A DNA stretch of 64,000 nt from Dehalococcoidia bacterium (GCA_965247995.1 OZ252041.1:494197-558196); one strand, 5' to 3'; counted from the first letter of the stretch, positions 40,921 to 51,009 are shown. Made by a program: numbers and translations. The notes: generated from the sequence alone by a model not told the origin.

Positions 40921-41661
40921 TTAGCTGGCCTCGCCGGCCCGAGCATTCGCCGTGAGCACCGCTCCGCCCGTTGACTCGGCTCGGGTGGACCACCGGGTCG
41001 CCACGAGAAATCCGCTGAACATCAACGCTCCCGCAACGATCTCGCCAGCGTAGAGATACTCGCCGTCGCCGAATCGCGTCAGCGTGCTCGCCGACGCGAT
41101 CACCAGTGCACCCGCCGCGATCAACATGTTTCCCCACATCCGGTTGATCAGCGTCTTCTTCCTCCAGAACAAGTATGCAGAGTAGATCGCCCCGCCGACG
41201 AGCGCCACGACACCAAAGATATTGAAAATCGGCGTCAACCCACGCACCCATGCTCCGTCCGCCATGATCTCCTTATACTGCCCGCTCAGCGGCATTGATG
41301 GGTCGAATCCGGACCCGTCAATCGGCACCGTCATGACTCCATAGAGACCCACTAGCGACCCAAACACCACGACCGCCAGGGTGGCCTTCGCGAATCGGGG
41401 GCGGCTGAGCAAATAGACCGTCCCTAACCCAATCCACGCCGCGTTCAAGAGCGCTCCGCTCGCGTACCAAGTGCGGAAGATCAGCCCGTTCCATGCAATC
41501 GACGAAGCAAGTTCCGCCATACTGCCAACCCCGAACAGCGCGAGCCCAATTCCCCAGAAGAGCAGCGCGGGCCTCCGTGACCGTGTCCACCGCGTGAACA
41601 CTAGGACGACGAAGGTCCCCATAATCGCGCTGGACACCAGCGGGAGGGCCGTCGTCATCAA
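40921..41661 (-). CDS. Polytopic membrane protein immediately upstream of ccmC (possible CcmB-like, unconfirmed)
   Basis: 246 aa, about 6 TM; the operon position suggests a heme-exporter permease, but the sequence does not obviously match CcmB. Confidence 0.4.
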   Translation of the reverse strand: MMTTALPLVSSAIMGTFVVLVFTRWTRSRRPALLFWGIGLALFGVGSMAELASSIAWNGLIFRTWYASGALLNAAWIGLGTVYLLSRPRFAKATLAVVVFGSLVGLYGVMTVPIDGSGFDPSMPLSGQYKEIMADGAWVRGLTPIFNIFGVVALVGGAIYSAYLFWRKKTLINRMWGNMLIAAGALVIASASTLTRFGDGEYLYAGEIVAGALMFSGFLVATRWSTRAESTGGAVLTANARAGEAS

Positions 41662-41865
41662 CGCGTAGTCCTCCGAGTTCGTTTGGCGAGTCCGTTTAGT
41701 TGTTCCCGGGTAAATCTGAAGAAATCTGTAGATTACTCAGATTCGCCGGTTTCGCATGCTACCACGGCCCCTCGGTTGACTCTGAGCCAAACCGCCATGT
41801 ACGCTCGTTTTTGGTTTGGGACTTACGTAACCCGTGGATCGTGGCATCCTCGCGAGAGGTGAATC

Positions 41866-42615
41866 GTGGAGCTGAAGCAGCTCCTGCATCAGGTGCCCGG
41901 GCTGACCAAGCGGTTCGTCTATTACCTCGAAACACAGGGGTACATTCACCCGACCAAAGTCCCCAAGAAACGCATCGCACGTCGCGACTACTCCGAGAGC
42001 GATCTCCGGATCATCCAGGACGTGTGGCGCTTCTATCAGCGTGGCTACGCTGTCCAGCGCGCCCATGCGCTCGCGACTCGTACCGACCGGACCATCGCCT
42101 ACGTCGCCTTCGCCGCTCCCGCCCGGACTTGGCGGGAGGTCGTTACGCTCCTCCGGTCGTTCCGCGAGGTGGTCGAAGCGTCACCGGTCTATGGCGAAAC
42201 CTGGGACATCTTCGCGAAGACCGACTCTACCGATCCAGCAGGCATCTATCAGAACCTCGCCCCTGCCCTCGCCGAAGCTGGCATCCAAGCAATGCCACGC
42301 ATCTGGAGGGCACGGGAGTACTACATCCGCCAGAGGGAGGACACTACCGTGACGCTCGAGGATTCGGGGCTCATTGCCTACATCCTGATGACCGTCCCTA
42401 GCAAGCACATTGAGATCGTCGCGGAAGACCTCAAGGCCTTCCCAGCCGTCCACGAAGTCAGCGTGATCTATGGCGCTTCGGACATCGTCGCCAAAGTCGT
42501 CGTCCCCAGCGCCCGGGATCTCGATAGCCTCGTCATGGACCAGATCCACGGCATCGAAGCCATCGAGTCCACCCGGACCTTCATTACGGTCGCAGACCTC
42601 CACTGGACCCGATGA
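41866..42615 (+). CDS. Transcriptional regulator with MerR-type HTH N-terminus and Lrp/AsnC-type RAM C-terminal domain
   Basis: N-terminus LTKRFVYYLETQGYIHPTKVPKKRIARRDYSESDLRIIQDVWRFYQRGY is MerR-like. C-terminus IAYILMTVPSKHIEIVAEDLKAFPAVHEVSVIYGASDIVAKVVVPS...IEAIESTRTFITV is RAM/ACT-like. GTG start behind a GAGAGG RBS. Confidence 0.55.
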   Translation: MELKQLLHQVPGLTKRFVYYLETQGYIHPTKVPKKRIARRDYSESDLRIIQDVWRFYQRGYAVQRAHALATRTDRTIAYVAFAAPARTWREVVTLLRSFREVVEASPVYGETWDIFAKTDSTDPAGIYQNLAPALAEAGIQAMPRIWRAREYYIRQREDTTVTLEDSGLIAYILMTVPSKHIEIVAEDLKAFPAVHEVSVIYGASDIVAKVVVPSARDLDSLVMDQIHGIEAIESTRTFITVADLHWTR

Positions 42616-42644
42616 CCGGACGCGACAACGTCCACGGGCCGACA

Positions 42645-42673
42645 AAGAAAAAGGCCGGGTCGCCCCGGCCTTT
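42645..42673. terminator. Bidirectional terminator between convergent genes
   Basis: AAAAAGGCCGGG-TCGC-CCCGGCCTTT hairpin with A-run upstream and T-run downstream. Confidence 0.65.
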
Positions 42674-42696
42674 GGCCTCGGAGTACACGAACTGAA

Positions 42697-42891
42697 CTAG
42701 GTCTTCTTCGGCAGGACCATCTCAATCGCGTTCTTCGACTCGTTCGCGTGGCAAAGGGCAGGGTCGCCCCCGCACTCACACTCCTCGCCGTTCTCGCACT
42801 GGCAATCAGCCAACAGTTTGCCGCACGCACAGGTCGCAGCTTCAATCTGCCCGGTAACGCCCTCGACCCTGCGCTCTTGCTCGATCGTCAT
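42697..42891 (-). CDS. Small Cys-rich protein (metallothionein-like candidate)
   Basis: 64 aa with 8 Cys + His clustered as CxC(x6)CxC(x4)CxC(x7)CH; no signal peptide; terminator-flanked. Confidence 0.4.
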   Translation of the reverse strand: MTIEQERRVEGVTGQIEAATCACGKLLADCQCENGEECECGGDPALCHANESKNAIEMVLPKKT

Positions 42892-42930
42892 GCTTACTCC
42901 TGTGCCCCGGCGGTACGAGTCTTGTACAGA

Positions 42931-45591
42931 TTATACGCCTTCCGCCATCCGTCTGCCCGCTCGACTACCGGTTCTCCGTCTGCGTCCCACAATGGACGTG
43001 CCAACGAGTCCCATCGCCAGAAGTGCGACCAAACTGACATCTGTCGTCGAGCCACCCAGACATCCGCCTCCGGACTCCGTGGCCGGCGTCGGCGTGGCCG
43101 GGACCGGCGTTGCATCCTCGCCGACCAGCGTCCCCTCAGGGGCTCGCGCCTGCTCCGAACCCCCACCTGGACGCACCGCCCCCGGGGGCGCTACCTCGAC
43201 GGTCAACGTCCGCTCCGCAACCGTCGATAGTGCGTCGCTGAAAGCCGTGAGCGTCAACTTGTACAGCCCCGGAATGAGCGCTCCTGTCTCCCCAGCGGAG
43301 AGCGCAACGGCGAAGGCGTCCCCGGCCGCCTCCGCCTCGCCAGTCTTGATGACCCGGCCGGACGCCGGATCCGTGAAGACATACTGAACACCGTGCGTAC
43401 CCGGTCCCTGGACCATCGCCTCGATCCGGGCATCCGCACCGATTTCAACGAACGGGTCCGTCGATGACGTGATCCTTAACTGCTCCACCGAACCGAAGTA
43501 CCAATCGCCCGGTTTGAACGGATATGTCGGGTCGCGGAACGCTTCAAGCTCCGCGTACTGCGCCGGCGGGTCGAATCGTACGAGCTGGTACGGCCCGTTG
43601 CTGATGACCATCATGTTCTTGTCGGCGAACCACGCCCGCGCCGCGTCATACCGTGACTCGGCCTCCGCTGGCGTCACGAACGACCGCCCGCCCATCTGGA
43701 ATACCGCTTCCGGATAGCTTCCGTCCTGCTGGAATTGCCGCAACGTCCGGTCCACCAAGCGCGAGTCGCGGCTCTGGACCAAGCTGATCCACGGGACGCT
43801 GAACCGCCCAGCCGCGGTGTCGCTGTACGCCGCGCGGCGCTGCGCGAACACCAAGTCGTCCATCGCCGCGAGGATCTCCCACGGCATGCTCAACCCTGAC
43901 GGCACCGCATACTCCGCGATGTAATCGTCGACGAAGTGCCAGTAATCCACGTACGCCTCGATCCGGTTGTCGTCCAGCACCCGATACGCCTTCACCGTGT
44001 CCAACAGCGGCCGAGCAGTCACCGCCAATGCGAACTCAATCTGTGACTTCTCGTCGCTGTACGTCAGGTCGAACGACTGGTAGATCCCGTAAACAACGTC
44101 CGCCATTGTGATCGGCTCGCCGTGGTGCCACGTCGACTGGAAGTACTTGGAATAGTCGTACGTCACTTTGCTCGTCGCCGTCACACCCGCTCCGACACTC
44201 ACGAACGCTCCTGCCGCAGCGTCCCACCGCGCCGCGTCGGCTGGCACCTCGATCGTCCCCGTCGGGCCCGCCGTCTCAACCTCATACGCCGTCCGAAGCG
44301 GCATTGGAATCCCCGTGAATGGGTGCCGTGCGGTCGCCGAATCGTGCAGGTTCCGCCAGATATCGACGCTGTACACATCCCCAAGTCCGGCAACCGGATT
44401 CCACGTGCTCCGTTCGGTCCACACCCACAGGTTGCCGATGGTCACTTGATCCGCGCCCGGGACGAACGCCTCTCGGAGCGTCCACTGCGCCTTCGGCCCC
44501 GCGACAACGTCTTCCGTCACGCCTCGGATCTCCGTCTTAGCCGGGAAGGTATTCACCACGGTCGCAAGCCAGATCCGCACCGAGTCGTCGAGCGCGATCT
44601 GAGTCGCTTGCCGGTACAGCTCATCCCGCTCCGCCTGATCCGCAAAATCCCCGCGGAAGATACGCTGACCAACGTCGTCCAACATCGGGTTCTCGTACTG
44701 CCAGAATCCGATCTCTTGCCATCCCGGCATGTTTCCCAACCACGGCGCCGCCATCTGGTTGATGGTCGCGTAGTCATACCGTTCTGCCGCCCCTCGACCC
44801 CAACCTTCTGTGTACATGTGCCAGTCGAACTGCTGCGGGTCGGTCCCGTACACCGTGAGAATCGCGGGCGCGAACTGGTGATATACCGGGGATACCTGGA
44901 AACCTGCCGCAGCCAGCTCGGCACGGATGAGGTCGCCCACCTCCCGCCGCTCGTCCTCAACGCGGATCAAGAACTTGATCCGAATCGGGTGTCCGCCAAA
45001 GCTCCATACCCCGTCCACCATCTCTGCACCGGCCTTCTGCATCGCTGCCGAGATCGCCGCGCGCCCTCGCTCCGGGTCGTACCCGAGGTCCGCCTCGGCC
45101 AACATTGCCGTGAGGATCGTGTAGTCGAAGTCAAACGGGCTGACGTGCGTGAACATGGGCCGTGCCAGGCCCTTATAGATTTCCTGCGCGATGAAGTTCC
45201 GGTTGATCAAATGTTGCATCGCGCGCCGCACTTCGGGAATCGAGAAGGGGTTCAACTCCCCCTCCCGAGCAGGCGCCGGATTCAAGATCAACGAATTTGT
45301 CGACGCCGGCGCTTCGAACAACTGCACCCCATCGTCATCCCGCAGGTCCTGCGCCGCTTCCGTCTTCAGGTTGAAGACGTACATATCCATCGAATCGCGG
45401 GCAAGCTCCTGAGGAGCCAGGTCGACGTGGAACGAACGGAACACGATGCGGTCCGACGCCGGGCCCGGGCGGTCATGGGGCGGTTCGTAGTCGCTCGACT
45501 GCGCCACCGCGACACCGCCAACGGCCGCGACGGCCAGCAACCCCAGCGCAACGCGCGAAGCAGTACGAATCAGTCGCCTCACGGTCAACAC
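42931..45591 (-). CDS. ABC transporter substrate-binding protein (family 5) with long C-terminal extension and a C-terminal TM/Arg-rich anchor
   Basis: N-terminal signal peptide; SBP_bac_5 core; about 250 extra C-terminal residues ending ...GGGCLGGSTTDVSLVALLAMGLVGTSIVGRRRRTGSRAG. Confidence 0.7.
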   Translation of the reverse strand: MLTVRRLIRTASRVALGLLAVAAVGGVAVAQSSDYEPPHDRPGPASDRIVFRSFHVDLAPQELARDSMDMYVFNLKTEAAQDLRDDDGVQLFEAPASTNSLILNPAPAREGELNPFSIPEVRRAMQHLINRNFIAQEIYKGLARPMFTHVSPFDFDYTILTAMLAEADLGYDPERGRAAISAAMQKAGAEMVDGVWSFGGHPIRIKFLIRVEDERREVGDLIRAELAAAGFQVSPVYHQFAPAILTVYGTDPQQFDWHMYTEGWGRGAAERYDYATINQMAAPWLGNMPGWQEIGFWQYENPMLDDVGQRIFRGDFADQAERDELYRQATQIALDDSVRIWLATVVNTFPAKTEIRGVTEDVVAGPKAQWTLREAFVPGADQVTIGNLWVWTERSTWNPVAGLGDVYSVDIWRNLHDSATARHPFTGIPMPLRTAYEVETAGPTGTIEVPADAARWDAAAGAFVSVGAGVTATSKVTYDYSKYFQSTWHHGEPITMADVVYGIYQSFDLTYSDEKSQIEFALAVTARPLLDTVKAYRVLDDNRIEAYVDYWHFVDDYIAEYAVPSGLSMPWEILAAMDDLVFAQRRAAYSDTAAGRFSVPWISLVQSRDSRLVDRTLRQFQQDGSYPEAVFQMGGRSFVTPAEAESRYDAARAWFADKNMMVISNGPYQLVRFDPPAQYAELEAFRDPTYPFKPGDWYFGSVEQLRITSSTDPFVEIGADARIEAMVQGPGTHGVQYVFTDPASGRVIKTGEAEAAGDAFAVALSAGETGALIPGLYKLTLTAFSDALSTVAERTLTVEVAPPGAVRPGGGSEQARAPEGTLVGEDATPVPATPTPATESGGGCLGGSTTDVSLVALLAMGLVGTSIVGRRRRTGSRAGRRMAEGV

Positions 45592-45656
45592 CAGTTAGGA
45601 CCTCCGCCCAGGCATCGCTCGATCGTCATTACGAGAACTAGCGGGACCGGCAGCGG

Positions 45657-48185
45657 TCACGCCTCCGCCGCCCCGGAAGGCGTCCGGCGCCGCAACAATG
45701 CGATACCTGCAACGATCACCGCGAGCAACGCCGCAGCCCCTGCCGCGATCCCCACCGCGAGCATCGTCGTCATCAGCACTTCGTTGGAAGGACTCTCCGG
45801 CTCCGCCGCCTGCCGCGCCAGGTCCTCGACGCCACCCAAGTCCGACCGCAGATCGGCTTGGGCCGTCGCGAGGTCGGCGAGCGCGGTCTCCAAGGTCGTC
45901 AGCATCGCGGCCTGCGACTCGAAGTCCGCCGTCAGTTCGGACCGCAAACCCTCAGCGAAGTTGGGCCCCAGCGAGTCTTGCAACTCCTGGACCTGCTCCG
46001 CCGTGTCGCGAATGTTGTCGAATCCAAAGCTCATGAAATACGACGCTGGCGCCACGTTCCCTGATGCATCCAACACGAGCACGTCGTGAGCGCCCTCACC
46101 AGCAATCGGAATGAACAGATTCGCGGTGAACGTTCCCAGCGGACTCGTGCGTGCGGTCGACACAATGCTCCCGCTCAACTGAATAAACAGGTTCTGGTCG
46201 CCCTGGAAGTTGAACCCTTGAATCGTGACGGGCTGCCCACCAGCGCCCTCCGGCGGAGAGAGAAAGATCGACGGGTTCGGCACCTGCCGTTGGCGGGCGA
46301 ACGCGATCTTTTGGTTCGTTCCCTGGAATTCTCCCAACCGCGAGTCCGACCACACCAAGTACACATCCTCATCCGTCGCCGCGATCGAAAAGTAATCTCC
46401 GATGAACACGCCTCCAGGGAATCCCCAGTTCGGGTTCGACGATGAGTCCGTCACGCGCGCGTTCAGGCCAAAACTCTCGCCTTGGTCCTCCGACACCGCG
46501 TAGTAGATGTGGTACCGGAGCTCCGTCGGGTCATCACGCATGTCGCCCCACATCGCGTGCAACCGTCCATCGGGACTCGTCGCGATCGACGGGAAGAACT
46601 GCATGCGCCCGGTATCGTCATCGTTCACTTTCACAGGCCTGCGCCACGTCCGCCCCTTGTCTAGTGAGCGCACCACATATAAGTCCCCGTCGTCCGACGG
46701 CGCTCCAGCCGGGAGGCCAACGTACCCCACGTACACCTCGCCCTCGGGGCCCGTCGCCATCTGTGCGAAGCCAGAACCCCAGTAACGGAAGAACGTCGTG
46801 CGTGGCCTGAATCCCGGCTCCAGGAACGTGGACACCCTGCGGCCTCGGCTCCACGATTCTCCACCGTCCTCGGACGTCGATACGTACATCTGTGCGAGAC
46901 CCTCGAACGGTCCATCGTCGGTCGTATCCATCCACCCGACGTACACCGTGCCGTCCGGACCGACCACGGGTTGCGACCCCTGCACCAGCCTCAGCCGCCC
47001 CTCGATGACCTGGCCCCCCGGTGCGGTGTATGGGCTCTCCCCATTCTCGCCAACGACCCCAGAAGTTGACTCCTCTGCGGCGGGCCGCGTGCCGATCTCG
47101 AAGACTTGGCGGATCCGCGGACTGATCTCGATCGGATCAGACCACGTAAGCCCGTTGTCCCCGGACCGGACCAATTCGATCACCGTCTCGGTGATCGGCG
47201 ACCCAATGAACGGCAATTCGTCCGTGTAGAAGATGCGGTAACGGCTGATGAACTTGGTGTACGTCACATAGATCGTGTCCCGTGATGGGTCGTCGGGGTT
47301 CGGACCGATCGCCAACCACGGCTTGTCGAGGAAGGCTGCCGCGAGCGTCCCTCTTACGCGCCCCGTGGAATCCACAGCAAACTCCGTCTCGACCGTGCTG
47401 CGTGATGTCGGAATGCCGGTGGACCAGCTAAACCCACCGTCCGTAGAGGACCCCAAGGAGATGCTCGACACTTGAGCGGTCCCAATGATGTTCCCCAGGC
47501 TGAATTCTTCTGTGTCGATCGAGATGAAAACCATGTGCGCGTTGCCGTCGCTGTCGAACGCTACGACCGGGTCGCCCGCCGATGCGATTTCGTCCCTGGC
47601 GTGCTTCAACTGCACGGGACCGTCCCACGACTCGCCACCATCGATCGACACGTAGCTCGTGACCGCCGGGAAGTTGTAATCGATCATCCCAGCGATGAGG
47701 TGGTCGGGATCGTGGGGGTTGACCGCGATGTGCGGTTCGGTTTGTATCGGGGTTGCGCTGAAGTCGCGCGGGATGAGGATGTTCCGGCTGAACTTCGCAG
47801 ACGGGTCTCGGTACGGCACCAGCGTTCCTGCCGCGCCCTGTGTACTCACAGCCCCCTGTGGAGCCAATCTCGGGCCCGCCATCTCCACGGAGCCACCAAA
47901 GGCTGAGACGTCTGCACTAAGCGGGTTGAGTCCGTTCGCGACCAACCAGACCGAAGTGGACAGGTAGTCGACATACGGTGGCGTGAACTCGGTGCCCATA
48001 GCGCCAGCGGGGCTCGATATCCGGACATTCAGGTTGTTTAGGGTCGGGGGACCCCCGTAGGTCGGAGAGTCTTGCTTCCCGCTGAGGACCACGCCGCCGC
48101 CATCCGCAGCACCAGCAGTCCCCGACGCCAGCACACCAATGAGCAAGCCACTGACGGCCAAAACTGGCACGAACCAGCGTCTCAT
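45657..48185 (-). CDS. BNR/Asp-box repeat exported protein (sialidase-like fold) with C-terminal coiled-coil and TM/Arg-rich anchor
   Basis: Start MRRWFVPVLAVSGLLIGVLASGTAGA (signal peptide, GGAGGTGG RBS). Six or more S-x-D-G-G-x-S-W Asp-box repeats. C-terminus ...MLAVGIAAGAAALLAVIVAGIALLRRRTPSGAAEA. The longer track ORF (to 48590) is an upstream extension. Confidence 0.7.
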   Translation of the reverse strand: MRRWFVPVLAVSGLLIGVLASGTAGAADGGGVVLSGKQDSPTYGGPPTLNNLNVRISSPAGAMGTEFTPPYVDYLSTSVWLVANGLNPLSADVSAFGGSVEMAGPRLAPQGAVSTQGAAGTLVPYRDPSAKFSRNILIPRDFSATPIQTEPHIAVNPHDPDHLIAGMIDYNFPAVTSYVSIDGGESWDGPVQLKHARDEIASAGDPVVAFDSDGNAHMVFISIDTEEFSLGNIIGTAQVSSISLGSSTDGGFSWSTGIPTSRSTVETEFAVDSTGRVRGTLAAAFLDKPWLAIGPNPDDPSRDTIYVTYTKFISRYRIFYTDELPFIGSPITETVIELVRSGDNGLTWSDPIEISPRIRQVFEIGTRPAAEESTSGVVGENGESPYTAPGGQVIEGRLRLVQGSQPVVGPDGTVYVGWMDTTDDGPFEGLAQMYVSTSEDGGESWSRGRRVSTFLEPGFRPRTTFFRYWGSGFAQMATGPEGEVYVGYVGLPAGAPSDDGDLYVVRSLDKGRTWRRPVKVNDDDTGRMQFFPSIATSPDGRLHAMWGDMRDDPTELRYHIYYAVSEDQGESFGLNARVTDSSSNPNWGFPGGVFIGDYFSIAATDEDVYLVWSDSRLGEFQGTNQKIAFARQRQVPNPSIFLSPPEGAGGQPVTIQGFNFQGDQNLFIQLSGSIVSTARTSPLGTFTANLFIPIAGEGAHDVLVLDASGNVAPASYFMSFGFDNIRDTAEQVQELQDSLGPNFAEGLRSELTADFESQAAMLTTLETALADLATAQADLRSDLGGVEDLARQAAEPESPSNEVLMTTMLAVGIAAGAAALLAVIVAGIALLRRRTPSGAAEA

Positions 48186-48361
48186 CGCACCACCTCCAGG
48201 AGCAACATGGCGGATCAATTGTCCGGGACCCGCGTGCCGCCCCAACCACAGCCGCGATTCGCCGAATTCGCCGCGACCAGTATAGTGACGGAAGGAAATG
48301 ATAGGCGTGGGCCGGGTCGGCGTCGGACCGGTTGCGCCAACGGATAATCCGGAGGAAACGT

Positions 48362-50641
48362 ATGGGTGGTGGACTATTGGGCCTCGGCCTCGCACGAGGG
48401 CTTGCTCTGGCCGTCGTGAGCCTCGCGATCGCGGTCGCCTGCACGTCCGAGCCAACCAGTTCCTCTTCCGACACGACGCCCGTCTCGACGGAACCTGCCC
48501 CCGCAGCGCCGGCGGCCCCGACCCCTGAACCATCCCCAATAACGTCGGATACCTCCGATTCCGCATCAGCGGCCGCGACACCAGAGACACCGACCGCCAC
48601 TCCTACATCCGCGCCGGAGCCCGCAGCCACCGCAACCGCAACCAGAGTCCCCGCTACGCCGACGCCCACCCCCTCGCGCACCCCCGCCGCGGAGCCGGTG
48701 GCCTCGTATGTCAACGGGCTATACGGATTCTCCGTGCAGTACCCCGACACCTGGTCCGTCAACGAGACCGATAGCCCATCCCCCGTTGCCATCTTCGACG
48801 CCGGCACGGAAGACCTCAGCGTCCAGGCATACGTCCGCTACTACCGTGCGCGCCTGACCGCGTCAGAAGCCGCTGAACAGGAAATCGCCCCACTCGCTGG
48901 CCTGCCGAACTTCCGGACGATCATCGAGGCGCCGGTCACCCTTGAAGACGGCACCGAGACCTACCAGATCCTCTACGGCTTCGGCACCGGACAGGAAGAA
49001 CGTCGCGGCGGCCTGACCTTCGTTACCGAGGACACGCGAGCTACCGTCCTCCACGCCGTCGGGCCACGCCGCACGTATGAAGACAACCTGAACGGTATCG
49101 ACGCGTTCCTGAACAGCATCAAGATCGAACCCCAGCGCCCATTCGGAGTCGCGCGCGGGGACGCGCTCGTCCTGTCGCTGGACGACGGCCCTATCACTCT
49201 CGATCCCGCCATAGCAGTGGAGAGCCAATCAGGCCAGTACATCGGCCAGGTGTTCGACGGCCTCGTCGCGTTGGATGGCGATCTCAATGTCGTCTCCGAC
49301 CTGGCCGCGTCGTGGGAGGTCTCCGACGACGGCCTCACTTACACCTTCATTATCGACCCCGAGGCCACGTTCCACGATGGGACCGCTGTACTCGCATCGG
49401 ACGTCGTGTACTCCTGGGAGCGGGCAGCGGATCCGGATCTTGCCTCGTCCATCGCACGCACATACCTAGGTGACATCGTCGGGTTCGAAGAACGGGCTAG
49501 CGGCGCCACTGAGTCGATCAGTGGGCTGCAGGTTGTCAACGATCAGACGTTGACCGTCACGATCGACTCACCAAAGAGCTACTTCCTTTCTAAGCTCACA
49601 CACACGGCTGCTTCGGTCGTTCAGCGTGCGAATGTCGAGTCCGGAACGGGCACTTGGTGGCTCCAACCTGTCGGGACCGGGCCGTTTGCGGTCGCGGAGT
49701 GGATCCCTGATGTCGCGATGCACCTGGAACGCCACGCGGACTACCATGGACTGCTTCCGGAGGTCGAGAATGTCGTCTTCCGATTCCACGCGGGCGTCCC
49801 CTTGCGGATGTTCGAGGACGGTGAGATCGACGCCACTCGACTCTCTCTTGCCGAGTTCAACATCCTCGGTGACGAGCAGAGTCCGCTGCTGGACAACATC
49901 ACGACCCAACCACAGCTCTCCGTGAACTATCTCGGTTTCAATGCCGCCGTTGCCCCGTTCGACGATGTGAACGTCCGAAGGGCGTTCTTGCTCGCACTCG
50001 ACCGTCAGTCCATCGTCGAAGAGACGCTCAATGGGATCGGCGTGCTCGCGCACGGGTTCTTACCGCCCGACCTCCCGGGCTACGACCCGGATATTGAGGA
50101 GATCGTCTTCTCGCCCGCGGCTGCACTCGCGGCGCTCGAGTCCTCAAAGTACGGCAGTGCGGATGGCCTGCCGGAGATCACAATTTCGACACCCAGTCTT
50201 GCGCCTCACGTAATGGAAATGATCGCCATGTGGCAAGAACACCTTGGCGTCTCTGTCGGCATCGACTTGGACCCGGACACTAGCTACTTCTACGACTTCG
50301 ACAACGACAGGCCAGGCCTCTTTGTGTCCGGGTGGATCGCCGACTACCCAGACCCGCACAACTTCTTGGATGTCCTGTTCCATTCGACCTCGGACAGCAA
50401 CTTCGGCCGGTTCTCCAGTGCCACGGTCGATGACTTGCTGGTCCAGGCGCGTACCGAGACAGACGCGGACGAACGCATACGCCTCTATCGCACCGCCGAG
50501 CGGATCCTCGTCGCAAATGGCGCGGCGATTCCGCTCTGGTTCGGGCAGGTCAAGGTCTTGACCGCACCCCAGGTCCAGGGTTTCGTGATAGACGCCCAGG
50601 GCAGGATTGACCTCGCCAAGGTCACGCTCACTGAGCCCTAG
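48362..50641 (+). CDS. Lipoprotein: Pro/Thr/Ala-rich linker + unknown domain + ABC substrate-binding domain (family 5)
   Basis: Start MGGGLLGLGLARGLALAVVSLAIAVAC (lipobox) behind a GGAGGA RBS. About 100-aa low-complexity PTA linker, then an SBP_bac_5-like region (VARGDALVLSLDDGPITLDPA...). Confidence 0.7.
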   Translation: MGGGLLGLGLARGLALAVVSLAIAVACTSEPTSSSSDTTPVSTEPAPAAPAAPTPEPSPITSDTSDSASAAATPETPTATPTSAPEPAATATATRVPATPTPTPSRTPAAEPVASYVNGLYGFSVQYPDTWSVNETDSPSPVAIFDAGTEDLSVQAYVRYYRARLTASEAAEQEIAPLAGLPNFRTIIEAPVTLEDGTETYQILYGFGTGQEERRGGLTFVTEDTRATVLHAVGPRRTYEDNLNGIDAFLNSIKIEPQRPFGVARGDALVLSLDDGPITLDPAIAVESQSGQYIGQVFDGLVALDGDLNVVSDLAASWEVSDDGLTYTFIIDPEATFHDGTAVLASDVVYSWERAADPDLASSIARTYLGDIVGFEERASGATESISGLQVVNDQTLTVTIDSPKSYFLSKLTHTAASVVQRANVESGTGTWWLQPVGTGPFAVAEWIPDVAMHLERHADYHGLLPEVENVVFRFHAGVPLRMFEDGEIDATRLSLAEFNILGDEQSPLLDNITTQPQLSVNYLGFNAAVAPFDDVNVRRAFLLALDRQSIVEETLNGIGVLAHGFLPPDLPGYDPDIEEIVFSPAAALAALESSKYGSADGLPEITISTPSLAPHVMEMIAMWQEHLGVSVGIDLDPDTSYFYDFDNDRPGLFVSGWIADYPDPHNFLDVLFHSTSDSNFGRFSSATVDDLLVQARTETDADERIRLYRTAERILVANGAAIPLWFGQVKVLTAPQVQGFVIDAQGRIDLAKVTLTEP

Positions 50642-50769
50642 CGCCCGCCAAGCATCCCCTCAGGCCATTAACGCGAGCGGCCCGGCCGATGCGGCGTTCG
50701 TTGACACCTCAATTGGCCGCAAACTAGAATGAGCCGCTTTTTGGGCTGGAATTTCAGGGGGTAGCATCT

Positions 50770-51009
50770 TTGGGTACTCGTGCCTTCATCCTCATCGAGA
50801 CCTCGGTCGGCAAGACACAAGACGTCGTCACAGCGCTTCGGGGCGTCTCCCAGATTAGGTCGGTCGACGCCGTCACCGGCCCGTACGACGTAATCACGGT
50901 TATCGAGGCGCCCGATCTCAACACGGTAGGGAACGTCGTCACCACGAGCATTCACACCATTAGCGGTGTCCTGCGCACCGTTACCTGCCTGGCCGTCAAC
51001 CTCAGCTAG
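50770..51009 (+). CDS. Stand-alone RAM-domain (Lrp/AsnC C-terminal ligand-binding domain) protein
   Basis: 79 aa; AFILIETSVGKTQDVVTALRGVSQIRSVDAVTGPYDVITVIEAPDLNTV has a RAM βαββαβ pattern; TTG start behind a GGGGG RBS; immediately upstream of the ACAD array. Confidence 0.55.
   Translation: MGTRAFILIETSVGKTQDVVTALRGVSQIRSVDAVTGPYDVITVIEAPDLNTVGNVVTTSIHTISGVLRTVTCLAVNLS

Noticed and set aside
45657-48590. 977-aa version of the BNR protein
   Set aside because: The first 135 codons are Arg/Pro-rich with no RBS. The ATG at about 48185 has a GGAGGTGG RBS and begins a canonical signal peptide, and the divergent neighbour's promoter region would otherwise be overlapped.
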